From an uncultured Spirochaetota bacterium (GTDB lineage Bacteria; Spirochaetota; Spirochaetia; SZUA-6; Fen-1364), in the NCBI GenBank assembly GCA_963845535.1, contig CAWJSK010000017.1, positions 50,990 through 114,989 of the forward strand: a stretch of 64,000 nt of DNA. The letters are read 5' to 3'. Below are positions 39,646-51,300 of the stretch, piece after piece (the first letter of the stretch is position 1; every line of letters starts with the position of its first letter). A program made the position numbers and the translations under genes. The notes under the pieces are model-generated. The model worked only from the letters and a program-made list of their open reading frames with translations, did not search any database and was not told the origin of the DNA.

Positions 39646-41054
39646 GGGATACTGTCAATCTTGGTGGATGAGAGGGGCATTCCCATTCGGAAAGCTTCCT
39701 ATGCCACCGCGTCCTCTTGAATGACGCCGTCAACGAATCGGCGGCCCTCAAAGACCAGCGTGAGTTTTTCCCAATCATCCAGTCGGCGCCAGTTCTTCTG
39801 GGCCTCCTGCATGAGCTTGAATGCCATGGCCAACGTCGCCAGGCGCGTGCCACAGCCCTTGGTCTTCTCCGTGCGCAACCTCACTGTCGCGAAAACGCTC
39901 TCGATGACGTTGGTGCTTCTGATATGCTGCCAGTGTGCAGCAGGCATTTCGTAGAAGTTGAACAACGCCTCTTCGTCGCCCTCCAGACACGCGACCGCCT
40001 TGGGGTATTTCTCGCGAAACGAATCGAGGAACAAGCGGTAGGCCTTCAGCGCCGCTGCCTTGTTCTCCGACATGTAGATGTCGCGGATCATGCTCTTTGC
40101 CCGTCCGTGCAGGCTCTTGGGCATCTTGTCCAGCACGTTCCGCGTTTTGTGGACCCAACATCGCTGAGCTCGGGTTGTAGGAAACACTTGGGGAAGGGCT
40201 TTCCAGAACCCAAGGCCCCCATCGGCAATCGCCAGCTTCGGATCGACCTCCAGCCCTCGACTCTTCAGCTCTAGCAGCAACTCCTTCCAGCTCTGCTCGC
40301 TCTCACGATATCCATCGCGAACGGCCAGCAACTCCTTTTTTCCTTGGGAATTGGCCCCAATGACCACCAGGATACAGGTGCGCTCCTCCTCAAGGCGCAC
40401 GTTGAAGTACACCCCATCAGCCCACAGGTAGGCGTACTGCCGGGACTCAAGAGGCCCTTTGCGCCATGCCTCATACTCATTCTCCCACACCTGCTTGAGC
40501 TTGCTGATCACGGAGGCGGACAGCCCGGACGCCCCTTCGCCCATGATCGCCGCCAGGGCAGTGCCGAAGTCGTTGGTGCTGATCCCCTTGAGGTACAGCG
40601 TTGCCAGGGCCCCTTCGAGGGTTGGGCTGCGGCGCAGAAACCGCGGGAGAATGTTGCTGGTAAACTTCGTGTGCCCACCCTGTCCCTTCGCCTCACGTTC
40701 ATCGATACGCGGACGTCGTACCGCTACCGGTCCCACTCCCGTCAGGATCAGCCGTCGCGCGGCATGACCGTTGCGTACCACCGCTTGATGACCCTCGCCA
40801 TCCTTGAGCTGCTCATAGCGACTCAAGTGCTCCTCGACTTCCGCTTCAAGAGCTGCTTGGAACAGCTTCCTCGCCCCTTCTCGGGCGATCCGTTCGATAG
40901 TGCCTTGGATCTCGTCAGCCGTTGCACCCACCGCCTCAATTGCCGTACTCTTCTTCCCGGGCATACGTTCCTCCTTCGGAAACCCGTTGGGTTTGATAGC
41001 AACCGAAGGGTATGCCCCTTTTCATTTCCTATCCACCAAGATCTATAGTAGCCC
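39646..41054 (-). mobile_element. IS256-family insertion sequence, 1409 bp
   Basis: TIRs GGGATACTGTCAATCTTGGTGGAT and GGGCTACTATAGATCTTGGTGGAT (20/24); 9-bp target duplication TTGTCTACG at 39637-39645 and 41055-41063. Confidence 0.95.
39699..40964 (-). CDS. IS256 (Mutator) transposase
   Basis: YLWADG, LAIADG, QRCWVHK, IRSTNVIES. Confidence 0.96.
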   Translation of the reverse strand: MPGKKSTAIEAVGATADEIQGTIERIAREGARKLFQAALEAEVEEHLSRYEQLKDGEGHQAVVRNGHAARRLILTGVGPVAVRRPRIDEREAKGQGGHTKFTSNILPRFLRRSPTLEGALATLYLKGISTNDFGTALAAIMGEGASGLSASVISKLKQVWENEYEAWRKGPLESRQYAYLWADGVYFNVRLEEERTCILVVIGANSQGKKELLAVRDGYRESEQSWKELLLELKSRGLEVDPKLAIADGGLGFWKALPQVFPTTRAQRCWVHKTRNVLDKMPKSLHGRAKSMIRDIYMSENKAAALKAYRLFLDSFREKYPKAVACLEGDEEALFNFYEMPAAHWQHIRSTNVIESVFATVRLRTEKTKGCGTRLATLAMAFKLMQEAQKNWRRLDDWEKLTLVFEGRRFVDGVIQEDAVA

Positions 41055-41623
41055 TTGTCTACGAGGGGACCAACACAAACTATTCGGATGCGGGTTGCGC
41101 TGATCAGGCACGTTTGCTCTATCGTCTGACCAAGGAGCGAGGGTCCAGGAGCTTTGGCCCGTCGGACGTCACTCTGGGGATCGCCAGCGCAGTCTGCCAT
41201 GACGCGCAGGAGCCGGACGACACTGAAAGCCAGGCGGCGCTCCTCGAATCGACACTCCAGGCAAACCTCTTCTACTACACAACCAATTTTCAGCAGCACA
41301 ATGCCCCCCTGGTTGAACAGGATGCTGATTGGTATGCGGTGGACGTTCCTGCCAACAGCACTGCAAACATCGTCGTAACACAGAATTTTCCGGCGTTACC
41401 GCAGGGAACCGTGAATGCATGGATGTTCTTCTATCTCAAGGGACAGTTCGAGAATGAGGTTATAAACTCTCAACTTATCCCTGTTGCGAATTATTCCAAT
41501 GCCAAGACGACGTTCTTCTTCAAGATTCGTCCCAATCAGGTCAAGTTTCCAGCAAACGGAGGAGGAACGCTGGTCAATTACGATGTCAAACTCTACAACA
41601 TCCAGGGAAATTAGAAGGTTGCC

Positions 41624-42283
41624 ATGAAAAAGCTATTGATAATGATCGTGCCTCTCATCGCCTTGTTTCCCGTGGGCTGCCGTGTTCCAGTCGGAGAAGA
41701 CAATCCATCAACCGAGACGACAGGAGGGCAAATAGAAGAGGTAAGTGATCTTTTCGTTCAACAGGCGGATGGCGGCTACCTTTTCACCACGAACGACCCA
41801 GCGTACTGGGGGCCGTACGGGTACACCCTCTGGGCCATGCCATGTCCCACGCAAGCAACTTTTACTCGGAGAGATGTCACTCTCATAAAGACCAGCGGGA
41901 ACGCGAATGCTGGGTACGGCATTGTGTTTTGCCAATATGACACGGGAAACGCTTCGCACGATGAAACAATGCTGGTTGTGATGATCAACAAGAGCGGACA
42001 GTACTCCGTAGGAGAAGCCACGAGTTCCGTCTACTCAGCATACACGAGCTCGCTCTGGATTCAAGACGCACATCTCGCACAAGGCGATGGCATGCCAAAT
42101 GAAGTGGAAGTAGCTCGAGATGCAAGCGGGCTTTTCACGCTCTCCCTCAACAAAACGCCGGTTATGACCTTCCATGACGGGAGAACGCCTCTACAAACGG
42201 GGGGCGGCCAAGGGTATATCGCAGTAATCTCGCCGCAAGACAGTTTTCCTTCGATTCCCGTGAGCGTCACGTATAAGGAATGA
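41624..42283 (+). CDS. Lipoprotein with probable beta-sandwich (ConA/DUF1080-like) domain
   Basis: Lipobox PVGC; GYGIVFC, MINKSGQYSVG, NEVEVAR, FTLSLN pattern. Confidence 0.7.
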   Translation: MKKLLIMIVPLIALFPVGCRVPVGEDNPSTETTGGQIEEVSDLFVQQADGGYLFTTNDPAYWGPYGYTLWAMPCPTQATFTRRDVTLIKTSGNANAGYGIVFCQYDTGNASHDETMLVVMINKSGQYSVGEATSSVYSAYTSSLWIQDAHLAQGDGMPNEVEVARDASGLFTLSLNKTPVMTFHDGRTPLQTGGGQGYIAVISPQDSFPSIPVSVTYKE

Positions 42284-42303
42284 ACGCGTACAAGGAATAA
42301 AAA

Positions 42304-45300
42304 ATGAAAAGCATGAGAAAAGTCACGGCAAGAACAGATCAGATCATAGCGTTGGTTGCTCTGCTCTCCTTTGTGCTGGGTCAGTATCCCCTTCTTGCGG
42401 AGGAACGGACAATCCTCGGTTCCGCCCCAGCCCACGTCCGGGACTGCCGGCGCACCGTCTACTTCTGAAGCAAAGCCGAAGGTTACGCGAACCGTAGGAC
42501 CGCAGGAAAACGCTTTGATTGAGCTTCATGGGGTCCGCCTCGAGGTGCCGGCGGGCGCGGTCAAGCACAAGACGAAGATATCGATCACGCGGCTGGCTGC
42601 AACTGGCCGATTGGATGAAGGGATGAGCAACGTGACGGTGGGGTCAAGCGGATATCGGTTTGAACCCCATGGGACACAGTTTGAGAAGCCGGTGCGCATC
42701 ACAATGGGATTTGACCCATCGATTGCCAAGTCAGAAACGGCCTTGTCGAATCTGTACACCTATTTTTACGACGCAACACTGGACAGGTGGGAAAGGCTTG
42801 AAAGAGAAGGCGTGGACAGGAACGCGGCAACGATCACGAGTGTTTCCAGACATTTTACGGACATGATAAACGCGACGCTGAAGCTTCCCGAGGGGCCGCA
42901 ACCCATCCAGTACGATGTGAACTCAATCAAGAACCTGGAGGCTGCAAACCCAGGGGACGGCGTGCCTCTTCCTGATGGGCCGCAGCCAGGGCCTTTTGGG
43001 GCGGCGTCGTTTCGAATACCCCTTCGGCTCCCGCCGGGGCGCGGGGGTGCCAGCCCTCAATTGGCGCTGAGGTATTCCAGCGAGGGCGGGGAGAGCTGGG
43101 TGGGCAAGGGATTTGATATCGACGTCCCCGCCGTTACCATTGACACGCGCTTTGGGCTGCCCAAGTACGCCGGAGCGGACCGCTACAGCCTCGAAGGGGA
43201 GGAGTTGCTTCAGGTGGACGCGGACAAGGACGGCTCGTTCGTGTACCGCCCACGGGTGGAAAAAGGCTTTGCGCGCATCCGATGGTATAGCGCAGGGGGT
43301 GCCGGACATGGTGATGATTACTGGCAGGTAACGGAGAAGAACGGGACGGTAAAGGAATACGGCCATAGCGACGCGCAGGCGTGGCTGGGAGCGGACCGAA
43401 CGAATAGGCAGAAGACTTTTGTGTGGTACTTGAGCAAGGTGAAGGACAGCTTTGGGAACACCGTCAGCTATACATATCTGAATGACAGCGCCAACAACTA
43501 CACCTACCTTTCGGATATCCAATACACGGGGTATGAGAAAAGCGGGGACAAGGGGGCCTTTCGGGTCCATTTTGTATTGGAGACAAGCGATCGGGAGGAC
43601 CGTAGATTGGATTGTCGTGGGACCTTTGCTTCCAAACTGGCTCGACGGCTGCAAAAGGTGGAGCTGTTTTACAAGGAGGCGCTTGTTCGAAGCTTCCTGT
43701 TTAGCTACAAATACAACGAGTTTGGGCAATCGCTTCTGAGCGGCTACGCTGAGGCGGACGGCGCAAGCTCGACGCCATTCTACAACTATACCTTTGATTA
43801 CTACGCGTTGGGTCGGCACGATGACGGCGGCTATGATGCATTTGAAGCTGAGGCGCCATGGACCCTCGCGAACGTGAACCAGTTCAGCGGCCTTAACTCG
43901 ACCTCCACGACCTCCATTGGCGGAGATCTATACCTGGGAATAGAAATCTCCTTTTGGCTTCCTTTTATTGGCAAGGCGGTAGCGGCGAGCTTCGGGATTC
44001 GCGGCGGACTTCAGTTCTCCAGCGGCGGAATGCGAGGGACCCTCATGGACGTGAACGGGGACGGACTGGCCGATCTGGTCTGGAGCGAGAATGGAGCGCT
44101 CTCTGCCTACCTGAATACCGGATCGGGGTTTGATACGAGCAACAAGTTCAGTCTGCCGGGATTCTCAGGCATCATGGATGGAGAGAGGAACGAGTCGTTC
44201 AGCTTCGGGTTCTCTGCCGGTCTACTGGGCACTAAGGAATCAGTTACCTGGCAGGAATCCTGGTCGAAGGGACAAACTGGTTTCGCGGATCTGAACGGGG
44301 ATGGTTTTGTCGACTATTTTGGAGTCGGGAACTCTCAGTTTGGGTTGAACAACGGAAGCTCATTTGCTTCGACGTCATGGTCATCGCTCCCGCCCATGCA
44401 GTTGGGAGCAAAGGGCACCTTTACCGAGGATACATACCAAAAAACATACTACGTGGAAGACCCCTTTCGGGCGTGGAAGGCTTATCGCTCAGGAACTGTG
44501 GTAGTTGAACAAACCGCCAGCCTGCTTCAACCCAGGGCGGAGAGCTCGGTGTCCCTGCTGACAGACCTTCCGGGGCAGACTGCGTCTCCACCCATTCATC
44601 TGATGCCGGGCAACACGAGCGCAGGTCCCCTGCAGCAGCAGTATGAAATGAAAGCCGGAGAACGAATTTACTTCCATTCCGATGGCGGCAAACCGAGCAG
44701 CGCAGAGGAGGAGGCCAGTCAGAGGGCGAAGTGGAACGTCAAGGTTCACTACACAAGCATCAAGCTTTTTGAGCGTCTCAAGGACGGGGCTATATTCTAT
44801 CCGCCGCAGTCTTCGATCAACTCATTCCCGAATAACGATTCCCGCTTCGCGCCAATCTATTCATCGAGTACTTCTCAGGATGGGGACGGCAACCAAGCGA
44901 CGACATATACGATACGGAGTGATTGGGAGACTTTTGGTGACGGTGTTCTGGAGCCTGTGTATGACGCATTGATCGAGCATGGATATTTCGTTCCACACAG
45001 GGTGCCGGAGAGTATTTTCAGGGCGGTGTTGGATCTGGCGTCCAAGGGCCAACCGCTAATGCTATTTCCACCAAACTCGACTACGGCAATCTCGGTATTT
45101 CCCTCTCAGGTCATTCTAGAAGGATTCATTTATGAACCTGAGACAAGCTCATTCATCAGGACCGGGTGTATTCCCGTCAATCTGATCTTGGGGTCAACCT
45201 CCACTGACTCTGTTTTCATGGAGTACATGCGAGGGGTGGGGTTGTCAAACGAGCAGATGAGATCCCTGGCGCTGTGCCAGAAAGTCAACTCAAGCGAGCT

Positions 45301-48300
45301 CACCCCAGTCAAAAGGTTTGCTGACGGTTCTTTCGGATATGACGAGTCGGCCCCGGCGCAGATACTTACTGCTGTCATTCCAGAAAATGGCGCCCAGGGC
45401 AGCATGCTGCCCGACAAAGGGCTTCTTCTGGAGACCACCTATGATCCGAAAGGTCTGCCTGTGGAGCGGCTGTGGCTGAAGAAAAACTCAAGCGACCAAT
45501 GGGCGGACCTCGTTCACGAAAGTCAGCGGCCTGAGACTTTTGGGCAAGCGACCCTTGAGGCTGGGGCAGCATCAGCGATCATGGATTCAGATTCCATATT
45601 CGTCGCCATGAATGATTCCGGGGTGAGCCGTAACTTTACATTCGCGGGCAAGAGCCTGATCCAGCAGCTGCGTGGCTCCCTGTATGAAGGCCCGGTAGGT
45701 GAAAGGATTCTTGCTACTCAGGTGTTTGCCAAGCAAGGATGTGCCGCAATACCTGCGGCCTCCTGGACAGCCATGACAAACAACAGTGATCCTGGAAGCT
45801 CGACGTACAAGCTCTTAATCCTATGCTACGCGCAAGGCGTTGACGGAGACTACCACCTTGGTGACCCATCAAGCTACACGACCGCGGACCTCCTTGCGGC
45901 CCTTTTTGCACTGAAGGATGCTGCCTCCTACGCGCCAAGCGGCAACATATTCGGCGTCTTCCCAGCGGACCTGACCGGCGTGCAGCGGGTGATACTTCTC
46001 ACTCCCGAGCACAGAGATGGGCTCGTTGCCTTAGTGCCTTCTTCGCAACAGACGCAGCTGTCAGACTGTTTCAGCCAGATCATGGATGCTGGCACTGGCA
46101 CGACGTGGTACTACCAGGCCCCCGGGCTCAGCGAGGGTCAGCAGAACCTGGTTCAGGACGCCATGCAGCGCTACGTCAGAGACGTAACGCTTTTCCCCTA
46201 CTATACCTACGACTCCGCGTCGGACACCTGGACGCTCAAACCGGAAGTCCCTGGGTCGGCGTCGGCTTCCCAGGTCACCGCAATCATGGACGCATGCGGC
46301 ATACAGACCTGGACAGTTCTCAACCGCAGCATAAGGTATACCTCCTCCCAATCACTCAACGTAGTGGCCCAGGTGAACCTTCCTGATGGCGCAGCGGAAG
46401 ACACCATTATTCCGACCGGAAACAAGGCAACGGAAGTCGGTGAGATGGTGAGCATGGTTGTGGTGCCGGCTTTCGAGGCGGCAACCGGCCGGACAATCGC
46501 CATCCCTCACTACCTGCATAGCTTTGACTCGCTTGCAGACTACTCCTCACAAAACCTTGTCGTCTTCCCGACTGATGCGAGTGGAATCCCTTTGTTCCAG
46601 GGTGATGGGACCCTGGCAGGAGGCGTGTATGGTTGGTACTACGGCTTGTGGTCTGGGTACTATGACTGGGATACCAAGCTGTTGGACGAGCCATCTACTG
46701 ACAAAGACGGTCCCTCAAAGCCGCCTTACTCAGTCACAATGAACCCCAATACGAATGAAAAAGGCGAGCAGAGCATTGTTACAAGCGGACGGGCGTATCC
46801 GATCGTCGTTTCTCCACAGGCATGGGTAGGAAGCGTATGCTCGTACTCAGAGGTCAGCATGGATGCAAATCTGAAATCGACAACCACGAAATACACCTTT
46901 GCCGCATTCATCTGCACAGATGAGTTTGCGATTGCCAGAAACGGAGGGGACGCCTACTACCGGCTCCCCAAGGAGGGGGCGCAAAGCGATGGAGGGAGCT
47001 TGCCCTTCATCCGGGGCAGCCATTCATCAGCCACCGACCTCAACGGGGCCGCGGGCCTCCCTTTTGGGGGATTGTCGGCCAGCCAAAACTCATGCAGCTC
47101 GTGGCAGTACCAGGCCATCATGGACATGAACGGAGACCGATTTCCTGACCTTGTGAGCTTTCCGGATTCAAGCGGCGGAAGCTCGAGCTTCACCGTTGTC
47201 CAGGGCACAGGTCAGGGATTTGGAAACAGCGCCAACTTCAGTTTGCCCTCCAATTATCATCTGGCAAAATACGACACGAACAGCGTCGGCTTTGGCGCCT
47301 CCCTGAGCTCCTCCTCGGGAGGCCTTTTCGTTGAGACCGATTCGAAAGGAAAACCCGAATCCATCTCCATAATAAAGCCAGAAGCGCCGAGTGGCTCTGG
47401 CGTTTCAGGTAGCATGTCCGTCAACGGCGGCTATGGGTCCACGGTACAGTCTGAAGGGTTCTTCGACATGAATGGAGACGGCCTTCCTGATTGCGTCTCG
47501 CGCGGAGACGGGAACTTTTCCGTCTCCTTGAACAGAGGCGACGGCACTTTCGAGTCTCCCAGAGACTGGGGAAGCGGGATCAGCGAACAAGCCATGCCTG
47601 GCAAGCCTGGCCTGACCAACACAACCAAGGGTATTTCTTTGACGGGAACCGGAAGCTTTGGTGTGAATGCGGGAGTGTCCGCGGGCGCTTCCGGGGGTGG
47701 CGCTTCATTCTCAGTAGGAGTATCGGCCGGATACAACGGCACAGCAAACCAGACCTTTTCGACGCTTGTAGACATGAATGGAGATGGCCTGCCGGATGAC
47801 GTTGTCAAGCTCAAGAACGAGCCCTTCTTCCGAGTGCGTTTCAATCTGGGGGATCATTTTGGTGAGGAGGTGCACCTTTACCGGCCCGAGTGGAGCGAGG
47901 CAATAACGGGCTTCAAGGACAACATTCGGAGTGACTTGCAAACACTCCATGACAGTTGCAACGTGGGTATCGATGTGCCCGGCATGTCGGGTGATATCTC
48001 TTCGGGCGACAACAAGTTGGGGGACGTATTCGATCCATTCAATCTGGATGACGACCTGGAGTATTCAACAGGCGCATGCATAAGTCTCAGCGGAAACATC
48101 AGCATCGGAATCTGCTTCTGGCTCCTAACCCTGACAATAACGCCTGGGCTCAACGGAAGCGTGGCCAACACCTCGGCAAGCCTCAAGTTCACGGATATCG
48201 ACGGTGATGGGCTTCCTGACCACGTCGTAAGAATGAATCTGCCCATGGGTGGTGACTGCATCCTGGTCAAGCGGAACTTGAGCGGCACGGTTGGTCTTTT

Positions 48301-51300
48301 GAAGACCATCAAGCTGCCCCAAGGAGGCAGCTACACTTTCGAATACGATCGGGTTGGAAACACAGTCAAGATGCCCCAAAGCAAATGGGTCTTGAAAAAG
48401 CTTACTCGAGACGACGGCACTTCGCTGATGGCCGCAGTGCCGAGTGATCGCGGAATCAGGGTCTATTCCGAAACATACAACTACTCCGACGGCTACTACG
48501 ACCGCAACGAACGCCTTTTTTACGGTTTTGCGGAAGTTGCCACGACCAAACCCAACGGAGCGATTGCTACAGCTCGATACCGCAACAACGACTACTACAC
48601 TCGTGGAATGAATAGCGGAGGCGAACTGAAGGGGCCTGATGTGCGCGGAGACACGGTCCTGTATCAGGAAAGCCTGGTTGACGTGCATGTGAAAGCCTTG
48701 ACTACGGTCCACAAGCCATCTGGGGACACGGTGGACATCTGCTTCCCCCAAGTCCTCAAGGAAACAAGCCGCCAATATGAGCCGGAAAGCACACGATACG
48801 TGGAGACGTCGAGAACCTACAAGTACGACGATTTGTACGGCAATGTCGTTGACCTGTTTGACAACGGCACCACGGGTGAGCGGACTCAGGTCGTGCATGC
48901 CATCATCAACTACGACTACAACATCAGCGGCGCTGACTACCAGAAGCAGAGTCCTTCCCGCATTCGCGTGGAAGACTCTGTCGGCTCCCTGATGAGGTTG
49001 CGTGAAGGGACATATGGCAGCAGTGGAGAGCTTCTGCGGCTGGACCAGTATGAGAGGTCCGCCACATCCCATTCCTACACCATCACCTACGATCAATACG
49101 GGAACCTCGCCAGCATATCGGATCCGCGGGGACACACAGTTGCCTGGAGCTATGACGATCAAGTCCACACGTATGCCACGCTGATTCGAAGCTACAACAA
49201 CACCATGGGAAGCCCTGAGTACGATTCGAGCATGGAGTGGAACTACACGCTGGGAAAGAAGAGCGCTGAAACCGACCTCAACAACCAGCGCATGAGTTAC
49301 GTCTACGACGTTTTTGGCCGACTGGTTGAAATCAGGAGCCCCTATGATTCCGGTGACACCCCAGCGGTGCGCTACCAATACAACACAGCCTCCTTCCCCT
49401 GGACAGCAGTGACTTTCAACAAGCTACTCTATGATCCGACAGACACCCAGAGCATCCAGACGGCAATTGCCATAGACGGTCTGGGGCGCGCCCTGCAGAC
49501 CGCAAAGCAGGGGGAGCGGCGGGATGAAGGTGGGACGCGAAGCGTTGGGTGGAACCTCTCCGGTGCAGTGGCTTATGATGCCCAGGGGCGGGTGATCCAG
49601 GAGGGTCAACCGCATTTTGCCTCAGGCACGGACCTTCCCGGCCTTGGGGCAATGAAGAACCCCACGGCCAAGAGCTACGACGCTCAAGACCGGGTCATCC
49701 AGCAAGTGCTGCCTGACAACTCCATCATGAGCAGCGCCTACATGGTGAGCTCCGACAGCACACGGCTGATTGAACGCACCACTGATCCCCTCGGAAACAG
49801 TGAAGAACGTGAAAGCGATGGACGGGGGAACATAACCAAGGTGGTTCGTCTCAGCAAAGAAGGCGCGACCCTCATGAGCGCCACCTACAGCTACGACGGC
49901 TTGAGTCAGATACTGTCGGCGGTGGACAGCCGGGGCAACGCGGTGAGAGTTGCTTATGACCTTTTGGGCCGAAGGACAAGCCTGGAAAGCCCGGATGCCG
50001 GAATTGTTGCCATGAGTTACGACGAATCGGGCAACCTGGCTCAGAAGATGACCTCCGTACTCCGAAGCAAAGGCGCCGCCATTGAATACCAGTATGATGG
50101 GCTGAACCGCATAGTGGCCATCAAGTATCCTGAGAGCGATGGGGTGAGGTACACTTACGGTGGGCAGGCTGCCTCCAACAACGGTGCGGGACGGCTTATC
50201 CAGCGCCAGGATGAAAGCGGCACGGTGAGCTACCAGTATGGGAAGCTGGGTGAAACTACCCAAATGAGCCGCAGCATCACACGCCTTACTCCTCTGGCTT
50301 CAGCGGTAAGTGCGACTTTCTCCTACAGCTGGGACTACCTGGGAAGGCTGCAGCAGATCACCTACCCTGATGAGGAGGTGGTAAGCTACCGGTATGACTC
50401 AGGCGGACAGGTGCAGAAGGTTACCGGGGTTCACTGGGGCTACACGACTGAGTACGTCAAGGACATCGGCTACGACGAGTTCGGCCAGAGGACCTACATC
50501 GAGTATGGAAACGGCATCCGTACGCGCTACGCTTACGACCCCACGCGCAGATGGCTGACGAGCATCAACACGGAAAGCCAGGGTGGAACGGCGCTGCAGA
50601 ACATGAGCTATCACTTTGACCTGGTGGGCAACATCCTGGGCTACCAGAATGACAGCGGCACCTATACCACCTCGCAGAGTTACAACTACGATGATCTGTA
50701 CCAGCTGGTGAAGGCGCAAGGGACAAGCAGCTATCATCCCTACGGGATGAACGAATACACAAGCACCTACCAGCAGAGCTTCGGCTTTGATGAGATTGGC
50801 AACATGATGCAGAAGCAAAGCTCATGCGCCACCAGTCCGTCGAAGAGCGTAGGCGCGGATTTGAACTACAGCCTGAGCTACAGCTACTACGCAAGGAAAG
50901 CGCACCAGGCGGAGGTGATCGGGAAGCTGTACTACCGCTATGACGCCAACGGGAATATGATAGAGGAGCGTGAAGGGGGCCATGGCAGCGGAGTGGTGCT
51001 TGCAGGGACGGTGAACAAGCAGGGGGCGCTTCGCATGACCGACCGGGGTTTTGGGCTGGTGCTGGCGGATGAGGGGCAAGGCGGGAGCTCGGCGTTTGCG
51101 CGCTACTACGTGTGGGACGAGGAGAATCGGCTGACACGAACGGTGGAGGGGGCGCTGACGGTGGATTACCGCTATGGGGCGGATGGGCAGCGGGCAGTGA
51201 AGTACTCAAGCCGCGGGGAGAGCCTGTACTTTGATAGCGTGTGGCAGGCGCAGACGGACTATCCTTCCTTGAGGCAGAGCAAGCACATCTACGTGGGGCA

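Larger units (their letters stand above)
39405..41614 (+). pseudogene. Lipoprotein (Fn3-like N-domain) interrupted by IS256; reconstructs to 263 aa
   Basis: Lipobox-like ICSC. Joining 39405-39645 to 41064-41614 restores frame: VFTIVYEGTNTNYSD. Confidence 0.88.

Noticed and set aside
48125..49378. 417-aa minus-strand ORF within the RHS gene
   Set aside because: Val-rich antisense reading of YD repeats.
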